Below are positions 53,462-64,000 of a stretch of DNA of 64,000 bases, piece after piece; positions within the stretch are counted from its first letter, which is position 1; every line of letters begins with the position of its first letter. The notes under the pieces were generated by a model. That model searched no databases and was not told where the DNA came from. It worked only from the letters and a program-made list of their open reading frames with translations. Source of the stretch: Octopus vulgaris. Taxonomy: Eukaryota. The position numbers and the translations under genes were made by a program. The stretch lies in the NCBI GenBank assembly GCA_951406725.2, contig OX597834.1:21824001-21888000 (forward strand). The letters run 5' to 3'.

Positions 53462-53657
53462 TTATTTGTGTGTGTGTGTGTTTTGGATAGGCGTCTGGTT
53501 AGAGGCAGAGTGAGCTGCTATTTCCAGCTGGTCGATCGACCTTGTGTTTCTCTCTCTGATTCGGCGATTAATTATGTCCGTTGGAGAGAATAGCATTCGA
53601 GATGGAACGAAGGTTCGAATGTGTGTCTGTAAATGGACACGAATGCGTGTATGTATG

Positions 53658-53714
<57 letters not shown>

Positions 53715-53854
53715 ACTCGAGCATTGTGTGAGAGAGAGAGAGAGAGATTGAGAATACGTGCACAAGAAGTGCATCATTTATGCATGCTGCAGTGACAATA
53801 TTATAGTGTGTTTATATACAGTAAAGAAAGGAAAACTCGAATGGCTTATTTACT

Positions 53855-54360
<506 letters not shown>

Positions 54361-55383
54361 GAGAGAGAGAAATAAAGAACGAAGGGAGAGAGAAAGTAGC
54401 AAAGAAGGGGAGTAGTGTGGACAAACAATGCGGTTTCCCTCCTCCCCTACACTTCTCTAATGCATTACACGTAGAGTGCATGTGCGCGTGTGACTGTGTG
54501 TGTGTGTGTGTGTGTGTGTGTCTTTGTGTTGTGTGAATGTCTTTGTGTATTGTCGTCTGTTTGTGTCTACCATTCCTGCCTTGTGTTTTCGTGTTCTTCA
54601 CTTGGTAATGTTTTGTTCCAAGCCTCGTTGTCTTTTTGGAAATACCGCATGCTATCATGCCAGCATCGCTCTATCCATTCATTCGCTCCAACATCTTTTA
54701 TTATTCGCTCACACACACATATATATTATATTATATTATTATACATGTGTGTATAATACATGCGTGCGTGTGTGTGTGTGTGTGTGTATACATATATTAC
54801 ATGTGTGTGTATGTGCTTCTATTAATGTGAATGTTTATGCTCTATATAAAATCCATCCATTCACACATGCGTACAATAAGATCGTTGTATGAGAGGAAAT
54901 GACAAAAAATCTTGATGATCGCTTAATTATCTAAAAACCTATTTCGTGTGTACACAGGCGCACACATGCATACACACACACAGCACACCACACTACATAC
55001 ACACACAACACACCACACTACATACACACACACACACACGCACACACATGCAGACACACGCTTACATACGACGGCATAACAAACCATTTCTCTCATTTCG
55101 AAAGAAACCCAGGCTTTCTCTCTCTCTCTCTCTCTTTCTCTCTCACTCTCTCTATTCTTCTTTCTCTCGTTCCACGCCAATAAACAACAAAACAAACCAT
55201 TCCCATGTTTTGCAACGGAACCAAGAACGAGCTTTTTTTTTCTTTACCTCAAAACTCAAAAATATAAAACTCAACACATGTTCCATTAGAATGTAAAGGC
55301 GTTATCATACGAAGTATCATTTGAAAGGAGCGAGAGTAAGATAGATAGACAATCAGATAGATAGACAGTCAGATAGAGAGAGA

Positions 55384-55414
<31 letters not shown>

Positions 55415-55555
55415 GGGGAGTTGTTGTGTCTGTGTGTCTCTAGTCTCTTCCTTTGTGTGTATATGTGTGTGTTGGAGGAAGCGTTATATTCTTCGAGATG
55501 GCTGTTGTCTGTTTTATAAATTCATCTTGTAATGATTAATATAGACGTCACACAA

Positions 55556-55586
<31 letters not shown>

Positions 55587-55589
55587 GTA

Positions 55590-55624
<35 letters not shown>

Positions 55625-55763
55625 GTCGTCATCATCATATGTCCGTTGTTCATGCTGGCATGGGTTGGACGGTTTGACCGGGCTGGCACGCTGGAAGGCA
55701 GCACCAGACTCATATATAGATAGATAGATAGATACACACACACACATATATGTGTATATGTAT

Positions 55764-55814
<51 letters not shown>

Positions 55815-55988
55815 TGGCTACATTCATATATACATATAATATTGTGTATCTGTGACCATCCAAGCATGTATGTATATTTCACAGAGAGAGAGTTATATGC
55901 ACACACGTATGTTTACACACATGTTAATTATATATATTTACCTATTTATATTAGACATATGCATGTAAACATAAATTATACTTTGAGT

Positions 55989-56025
<37 letters not shown>

Positions 56026-56612
56026 ACACACCACACTTAGCTGCTACCTACATAATTACCTATGTATATTCATTAGAGATGCAGGTGTTGCAAATAATAT
56101 ATGCCGTCATAGGTAAGACAGACAGACAGACACCTAGTTACAATGTGGCAATTGATTACGGCAGTCTAGTCAACATATTGCTAACTTCACTGTCTCACCT
56201 AGAACACCAGGTAGACATAGACACATGCATACATACATACATATATCTCTATATATATGGCCTATGTGTCTATGGCATGTATATAAATTTGTATGTGTGT
56301 ATATTATATCAATAGGTGTAGGCATGGTATAGCTATGTGCTTGAGAATCTGACTTTCAAACCGCAAGGTTTCAGGTTCAGTCCCACTGCATGGCATCTTG
56401 GTCGAGTGTCTCCTACTGCAGCTACATGCCAACCAAAGCCTTGTGAGTGGTAGAAGCTATGTGGAAGCCCGTCATATATATATATATACATGTGTGAGTG
56501 TGTGTATATATTAATGTTTATGTGTGTGCATCTTTGTGTCCATTTGTTACCCATCCGCCTCTTCTTAAACTGGTGTCGGTTTGTTTATGTCCCCATACAT
56601 AATCTTAGATTA

Positions 56613-57373
56613 CAGATAATCAGGATATACATATGTGTGTGTATAATATTCTGTAAAGTGGTTAGCATTTGGGAAGGCATCAAGCCATAGAAACCATTCC
56701 AAAACTGACCCTAATTCCATGCATTGTATATCTTCTAGAACAAGGTTAGACATGCAACCAAAAGAAGGTAGCACTCAACACTTATAGTTCATGTAATAAA
56801 CATGTAACGGAAGGCCAACTTGATTCCACATTACTCAAAATTTCAGAGGCATAGATAAGTGTCTACATCTTCAGATGCACAGTCAGAATGAGGTGAATTT
56901 AAAAAGGGCTTCTTAGCGAGAGCATTTGGGAAGAGGGCCAGGGGCTTTCGTTGGTCAGTAGAGGTCACCCAAATACTTCAGTAAAAGAATGACAATAGAT
57001 AATTTTTTAAATGCTGTCATAAATGCTAGAGGAGACAGTTTAGGGCAGGGGTTCTCAACCTTTTTTGATGTCTGGGCCTGATCCAAAACCTAGATTTTCT
57101 TTAGGGGGTCAGCACCAAAAAATAAGTAAAATACAAATCAATTAAAGAAAAATTATATTTATTGAGGGAAGACTGTCTGGGGTCACTGTAAGGATGCTTA
57201 AGGGCCTCGTGTGACCTTGAGAACTACAGTTAAGGACCACTGGTTGGGGTTTATAATACAGATAATCAGGATATACATATGTATGTGTGTATATGTGTGT
57301 ATAATATTCTGTAAAGTGGTTGGCATTTGGAAAGGCATCCAGCCATAGAAACCATTCCAAAACTGACCCTAAT
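56613..57373. repeat. Direct duplication of ~105-115 bp (56613-56715 and 57259-57373)
   Basis: cagataatcaggatatacatatgt..ataatattctgtaaagtggtt..ccattccaaaactgaccctaat occurs twice. Confidence 0.85.
57046..57242. mobile_element. hAT/Charlie-like MITE
   Basis: Termini caggggttctcaacc / gttaaggaccactg. Degenerate 8-bp flanks gtttaggg / gttggggt. Confidence 0.55.
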
Positions 57374-57616
57374 ACTGGAATAAGCAGATGGGCTTCAAGA
57401 GAAGAACAGAGCTTGGATTTTAACTCTGTCCACTTAATGTACACACACACACACAGCTAGTTAAGTTACACAGCTGGATAAAATCTCTAGTTAAAAATTT
57501 GCAATTGTAAAAAGCAGGAAACATCAGTAATTGAACCAGGCATATTGGTATGCTACACTGGAAAAAGGATATATATTTGCAAAGAGAACCTACTTTTCAT
57601 CGACAACTGTGGTTGT

Positions 57617-57661
57617 CACACGCTGATGACGGTTCAATACCCAGAAACTCGAGTCTGTGTG
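57617..57661 (+). ncRNA. Minimal type-I hammerhead ribozyme motif with canonical core
   Basis: CACACG-CUGAUGA-cggttcaataccca-GAA-ACUCGAGU-C^-UGUGUG. Confidence 0.6.
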
Positions 57662-58502
57662 TATCATAGGTTGAAGACGAGAAGGATGGCTTCCCTTTGC
57701 AAATACTAATAGGGCACAGAAAGTGTGTCAATAGCCAGCTGGAGGAGGTGTCCTCTTGGGGCTACAAGCTGCAGTAGCATCCACCCTTAGGGGTTAGCCA
57801 TATTTAAGTGGCAAATATACTTCACTATATATATATATATATATATCCTGGTATTAGAACAGATACAGTGTGTGCTTGTGTACTGAAGATATTTCTAAAA
57901 GTGTCGGTGGCAAGAAAGGCATCAGACCTTTGAACAGTGCTCTGAGAACCCATGCAACAAAAGGTCTTGTAGAATGGTAATGATGACATGGTGATGTAAG
58001 TATGTGTGTGTGTATGTGTGTGTGATGCTCATTTACAATCATTATATGGTGTCAAAACAAGGGCACACACACACACACACACACATATACACATATATAT
58101 ATATATATATATTGATGTATGTCGTCATCGTCATCATCATTTAACATCCGTTTTCAATACTGGCATGGGTTGGACAGTTTGACAGGAGCTGGCAAGACCA
58201 GGAACCACACTAGGATTAGGGTTGGGGTTCCATTTATAAACAAAGCTAATTTAGCTGAAGACTGCAAAAAAAACGAGCAACTTTAATTGATTTTCAAATC
58301 TTATCAGAAACATCTACATCAGTTTGGAACAATCCCAAAGAAACCATCAGCCAATCTGTTTCTCTATTAAACAATTACAATGACTACAGAATACTGGTGG
58401 TACTAATTAGCATATTCTGTGCGAACGCTTGGTTTTTAAATATCAGGGGCCTCTCCTCAGAGATCTCAGTCCACACAGAATCGAGGTATGATGTAATATA
58501 TA

Positions 58503-58718
58503 TATTTCTTTATTGCCCACAAGGGGTTAAACATAGAGGGGACAAACAAGGACAGACAAACGGATGATTAAGTCGATTACATCGACCCCAGTGCGTAACT
58601 GGTACTTTATTTATCGACCCCGAAAGGATGAAAGGCAAAGTCGACCTCGGCAGAATTTGAACTCACGACGTAACGACAGACGAAATACGGCTACGCATTT
58701 CGCCTGGTGTGCTAACGA
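58503..58718 (-). mobile_element. SINE family B, young, slightly 5'-truncated
   Basis: Reverse complement of the 25700-25930 type. Confidence 0.9.
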
Positions 58719-58943
58719 TATGTAAACAGTTCATTTTGCTGTTTCTCCGTTGATTGAAAAAATTACGAAGAACCTTAATTGGTTTCCAAATATAATTGGA
58801 TTTTCATCAAAGCTGTTTACATCAGTTTAGGCCACTCTCAGAGAAACAAGCTCATAGGTTCGGGAAGAGGAGGTGCAAGGGGTGAAAGTGCACCCCTTAA
58901 CATTTTTGGTAGGGAATGAATATGCTTTGACTATTCTCCTGAA

Positions 58944-59175
58944 TATTCAGTCATATTATGCGGAGAAAATCCCTGGAGAAGGACATCATGCTCGGAATGG
59001 TCAGTGGCAAGAGAGGAAGAGGCCAACCAGGAACCCGCTGGCTTGACACCATCAAGAGTGATATCGGAATGGACATAGCCAATCTGAAAGAAGCGGCCCA
59101 GGATAGAACTGACTGGAGGACACTGATCCAACGAGTGACCGAGAGTCGACTTCGACTGAGCGGATAGAGAGAGAG
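58944..59175 (+). mobile_element. 5'-truncated RTE (BovB-like) LINE 3' end with 11-bp TSD
   Basis: HIMRRKSLEKDIMLGMVSGKRGRGQPGTRWLDTIKSDIGMDIANLKEAAQDRTDWRTLIQRVTESRLRLSG* resembles the RTE-BovB C-terminus. Short (GA)n tail. TSD attctcctgaa at 58933-58943 and 59176-59186. Confidence 0.9.
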
Positions 59176-60023
59176 ATTCTCCTGAAAAAGTGGGTTTGCG
59201 TCTCCCAAGCAAATCTCGTTTCTGCACTTATGGACGAGATGCTAATCTGTTTATATACTCAACAATTCCAGTAGCCAGAGTGAACTGGATTTACTAAATT
59301 GCATGTTCCATCTCTTCTCCAAGATGAAAATGCTGTTCAAAGGCATGGCCCCTTTAAAGGGTCTCTGTGACTGGTGAGAGGGAAGGAAGGAGAGAAGAAG
59401 ATATTTTCAAACTGGAAACCTGGCATGAATTCCTGCAACAGAATGGACTCTACTAAAAGTAGCCCAAGGTGCCAACTGGGGACATGGTGTTAAACTAGGC
59501 AAGGGAATAATCTACCCGCTCCCTACATATGCAAAGAGTTGGATTAAAATACCACAAGGTATTTGTTCTGATGTTTTAATGTTTCCAGCACTCTACTCTG
59601 CTCCACTGGTACGTTATGTATTGACCCAAGGAGGACAAAAGGCACAGTTGAGATTTGAACACACAATGCAGACAAAGGCAGTTGTCTGACATTTCAATGA
59701 ATCTGCCAACTTCAGTTCCATCTCTACATCTCTCTCCCTCTCTCATTCTCTCTCTCTCACTCTCTCTCCTCCTTCCCTCTCTCTCTCCTTCCCTCTTGCC
59801 TTCTCTCTCTCTTTCTAGTACATACATTTGTGTGTATGTGTAGTATGTGTGTATAGATTGTGTGTGAATGTGTATATATATGTGTGTATGAAAGTGTATG
59901 CATCTATGTATGTGTATGTATATATGTACGTATGTGTATATGTGTGTGTGTGTATGAAAGTGTATGTATACCCATCCTGGCATGGAAGATAGACATTAAA
60001 TGATAATGATGATAGTATATATT

Positions 60024-60029
<6 letters not shown>

Positions 60030-60054
<25 letters not shown>

Positions 60055-60152
60055 ATATCTGTATGTATGTATCTGTATGTGTATATGTATGTGCATATGT
60101 ATATATATATATATATCTTTATGTATGTTCTACAAATATTTACCAAACTGTA

Positions 60153-60183
<31 letters not shown>

Positions 60184-60540
60184 ATCTGTATGTATGTATG
60201 TGTATATGTATGTGCATATGTATATATATATCTTTATGTATGTATGTATGTTCTCCAAATATTTACCAAACTGTATATCTATCTATATATATATATGTGT
60301 GTGTGTGTGTATCTGTATGTATGTATCTGTATCTGTATATGTATGTGCATATGTATATATATATATCTTTATGTATGTATGTTCTCCAAATATTTACCAA
60401 ACTGTATATCTATCTATATATATATGTGTGTGTGTATCTGTATGTATGTATGTATGTGTATATGTATGTGCATATGTATATATATATCTTTATGTATGTA
60501 TGTATGTTCCCCAAATATTTACCAAACTGTATATCTAAAT
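60030..60540. repeat. Composite minisatellite, 4 units of ~125 bp
   Basis: Anchor caaatatttaccaaactgtatatct occurs 4 times, with variable microsatellite spacers. Confidence 0.9.
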
Positions 60541-60839
60541 AGGAGAGACTAAATGAAGAAGAAAAATAATAGCCATATTTGAAATACTTGGTGTAATATT
60601 ATGAAAAATATCAATAATGATTATTAGAACAGAGGTCAGAATGTCGACTGAATGGAGTTTATTTATTGAACAAGGAAAGTTCTAGATGTGTGTCTGTCAG
60701 AAGCAGTGTTCAGAACAAGCGCAAATCTCTCTTTCCCATTTAAGTAAACTGTGAGTCTAGCGTACATGCGTGTGTACAGTTATATCTGCATGTGTATAGA
60801 TATGTCTGCGTGTGTATACATATGTATATACATACATAT

Positions 60840-61702
60840 CGTCGTCATCATCGTTTAACGTTCGTTTTCCATGCTGGCATGGGTTGGATGGTTTGAATGG
60901 GGACTGGCAAGCCAGGAGGCTACACAAGGCCCTTATCTGATCTGGCAAGGTTTCTACAGCTGGATAGAGTGGGTGCTTTTTACGTGCCACCGGCACAGGG
61001 AGCCAGTAAGGCGGTACTGGTATTGGCCATGTTCGGATGGTGCTTTTTATGTGTCACTGGCACGGGGAGCCAGTAAGGTGGAACTGGTATTGGCCATGTT
61101 CGGATGGTGCTTTTTATGTGCCACTGGCACGGAGAGCCAGTCAGGCGGCACTGGTATTGGCCATGTTCGGATGGTGCTTTTTATGTGCCACTGGCATGGG
61201 GTGCCAGTAAGGCGGTACTGGTATTGGCCATGCTCGGCTGGTGCTTTTTATGTGCCACTGGCACAGGGAGCCAGTAAGGCGGTACTGGTATTGGCCATTT
61301 TCGGCTGGTGCTTTTTATGTGCCACTGGCACGGGGAGCCAGTAAGGCGGTACTGGTATTGGCCATGTTCGGATGGTGCTTTTTATGTGCCACTGGCATGG
61401 GGAGCCAGTAAGGCGGAACTGGTATTGGCCATGTTCGGATGGTGCTTTTTATGGGCCACTGGCACGGGGAGCCAGTCAGGCAGCACTGGTATTGGCCATG
61501 TTCAGATGGTGCTTTTTATGTGCCACTTTTTATGGGTCTTCTTTTTATGGGTCTTCTTCTCAAGCACAACACAATGCCAAAAATCTTGGTCGTGGTCATT
61601 GCCTCTAAGAGGTCCAACACCTTAAAGGAGCTCGGCCACTTTGCCTCCATGAGACTGAACACTTGAAAGGATCTCAGCCACCTCACCTCCATGAGGCTTA
61701 AC

Positions 61703-61705
<3 letters not shown>
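60840..61705 (-). mobile_element. Family C element containing a 67-bp VNTR
   Basis: (CAT)n tail end at 60840. Units start at 60972, 61039, 61106, 61173, 61240, 61307, 61374, 61441 and 61508. Confidence 0.9.
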
Positions 61706-61777
<72 letters not shown>

Positions 61778-61785
61778 AGATATGT

Positions 61786-62150
61786 AGGCACAGCTGTTTG
61801 GTTAGAAGTTGGTTTCCCAACCACATGGTTCCTGGTTCAGTTCCACTCCGTGGAACCTTGGCCGTGTGTCTTCTACTTTAGCCCCAGGTTATGTAAAGTC
61901 TTGTGAGTGTATTTTGTTGACAGAAACTGAAAGAAGACTGTTGTGTATGTGTGTGTGTCCCTTCCCTTCCACCACTTGGCAACTAGTGTTGGTTGTTCCC
62001 CATAACTTAGCAGCTTGGCAAAAGTGACCAATAGAATTAAGTGCAAGGCTTAAAACAAAATAAGTCCTGGGGTCAATTCTTGAAGGTGGTGCCCCAGCAT
62101 GGCCACAGTCCAATGACTGATCAGATCAGTAAAAGATCAGATAAAAGATA
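61786..62150 (+). mobile_element. SINE family A, diverged full-length
   Basis: Head, core and the 3' ggtgccccagcatggccacagtc are present. Confidence 0.8.
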
Positions 62151-62581
62151 AGACACATGTTGTGAAGTTTCAGGTCAGCCATCAGAGATGCAGATCTTTG
62201 GCGGAACAAAGGCGCTCCAGCCATGACCATCCCCATCTCCTCAGACTACTTTATCCGATGTGTTCCTCATACCCATCCACTCCCCTCCCCCATTTCTTTC
62301 CAATCGTGATGGTTAGTTACAATTTGAGTGAACATTTTACACTGTTCTTACAAGTACGATCCAAACATTTATAGATTTTTATTGCTAAAACTGGCAGCGT
62401 TTGGCCATGTTCTAATCTATGTATCTGTGTCTGTGGACATGCGTGCACATATGTGTACGTGTGTGTGTGATTTAAGTATGTATGTGTGTATGTTTTTGGT
62501 AAATACATCATTATATCTTGTCAGAAATTTTCTTTTTACCCCCCTCCTCCCTCGCTCTATGCATGCATTATGTATACTTAT

Positions 62582-62632
<51 letters not shown>

Positions 62633-62792
62633 CACTCATAAACACGAATAAATTGTTAACAGCTAAGATATATGTACATATATTTTTTTAGATTTACACA
62701 TAAATATGCTTGGTTCAATAACTAATGTTGCCTGCATTTTTCAATTGCAAATTTTTAACTAGAGATTTTATCAAGCTTTCCATCTTAACTGG

Positions 62793-62829
<37 letters not shown>

Positions 62830-63399
62830 CAGAGTTAAAATCCAAGTTGTGTTCTTCTCTTGAAGCCTATCTGCTTATTCCAGTATTCTAAATCCATATG
62901 CAGAATGTCATATTTGTGTGAAGCATGCATAATAGTTAGAAAATACTGGAAAATGTTTTCTGCAGAGTAGTAATATCGAAACAAGAGATTGGAAAATTTT
63001 TTTGGCATTATTTATTCACCATTACACGTGTTTCAATTTGCTGCTGTTTAAGTTCAAATCCCATCAAAGCCAATAATGCCATTTTCTTTTCTTTCGGCGG
63101 GGCATTGATAAGAAAGTCACAATCCAGTTGTAGAGGAGGAAAGGATTGGCAGAAGTGTTAGATCATCAGATGAGATGGTGTTTGTTTCAACTCCCTGTAG
63201 TCTGAGTTCAAATCCAACTAATATCAATTTTGCCTTTTTATTTTTTATATTTGGGGAGTCAGTAAGCAAAATACAATCCAGAGATAGAAAATCAGACCAG
63301 ATACCTTGTGGTGTTTGCTCATGGATCTTTCCATTCATACAGTAGTGCCTGCAATGGTACTGATACTAAGCTGTATTGGTGCTAAGGCAGTGGTACCAC

Positions 63400-63965
63400 A
63401 CTGGTGCTGGTATCATGTAAAAAAATGTTCCCCATGAAAAGGATCCATTATACTCTGTAAAGAGGTTGGCATTTGGAAGGACATCCATGCCAAAGCAGAC
63501 CTCATTGGTACCAGTTCCCCATAAAGAACACCCAGTCCACTCTGTAAAGGGGTTGGCATTTGGAAGGACATCCATCTATAAAACCATGCCAAAGCAGACC
63601 TCACTGGTACCAGTTCCCCATAAAGAACACCTAGTCCACTCTGTAAAGGGGTTGGCATTTGGAAGGGCATTCAGCCATAAAAACCATGCCAAAAGCAGAC
63701 CTCGATGGGGCTGGTGCCACATAAAAGGCTCTCAGTCTACCCTGTAAAGTGGTTGGTGTTAAGAAGGGTATCCAGCTGTAAAAACCTTGCCAAATCATAC
63801 CTCACCAGTTCTCGTTCCCCATAAAAAGCAGCCAGTCCACTCAGTAAAGTGATTGGTGTTAAAAAGGGCAACAAGCCATAAAAAAAAACTGTGCCAAAAC
63901 AATAGATCTTGACACAGTCCTCTAACCCATGCCAGCATGGAAAATGGACGTTAAGCAATGAGGAT
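63400..63965 (+). mobile_element. Family C variant with about 5 tandem ~90-100-bp modules
   Basis: Repeated ctctgtaaag..ggttggc..gaagggcatcc..ccatgccaaa, ending aacccatgccagcatggaaaatggacgttaa. Confidence 0.8.
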
Positions 63966-64000
63966 CAAAGAAGAGAGGCTACTACTGGTCTTCTACCAGA

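Larger units (their letters stand above)
57371..62887. other. 5.5-kb segment bounded by ~180-bp inverted repeats (57371-57546 and 62703-62887)
   Basis: aatactggaataagcagat..aaatctctagttaaaaatttgcaattg..catatt and its reverse complement. Confidence 0.85.

Noticed and set aside
60871-61666. Cys/Trp-rich repetitive ORFs
   Set aside because: The 67-bp unit shifts frame each copy and lies inside a retroposon.

Overview
AT-rich eukaryotic non-coding DNA, intronic or intergenic, saturated with microsatellites: (TA)n, (CA)n, (GATA)n, (CT)n, (ATT)n and (GAT)n. The microsatellite load and SINE repertoire resemble an octopod cephalopod (inference; no database search was possible). No intact host protein-coding gene is supported, and nearly every ORF in the track is a microsatellite or repeat artefact. 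Identifiable content: (i) dozens of copies of at least four short retroposon families, here called A (tRNA head, CORE-like), B (Meta-domain-like), C (GGAAGGGCATCC motif, (GAT)n tail) and D; (ii) 3' fragments of two CR1-type LINEs and one RTE/BovB-like LINE with an 11-bp TSD; (iii) small hAT-like and piggyBac-like MITEs; (iv) several minisatellites. The most notable signal is about a dozen dispersed minimal type-I hammerhead-ribozyme motifs (CYGANGA...GAAA, palindromic stem III, NUH site). They sit on ~180-200 bp non-autonomous Penelope-pLTR/retrozyme-like elements, mostly next to (TA)n tracts, and show compensatory stem changes between copies. Also notable: a 5.5-kb segment bounded by ~180-bp inverted repeats with a putative empty-site paralogue nearby, and a ~7.6-kb SINE-depleted, CpG-retaining interval (48.0-55.6 kb) that may be regulatory.
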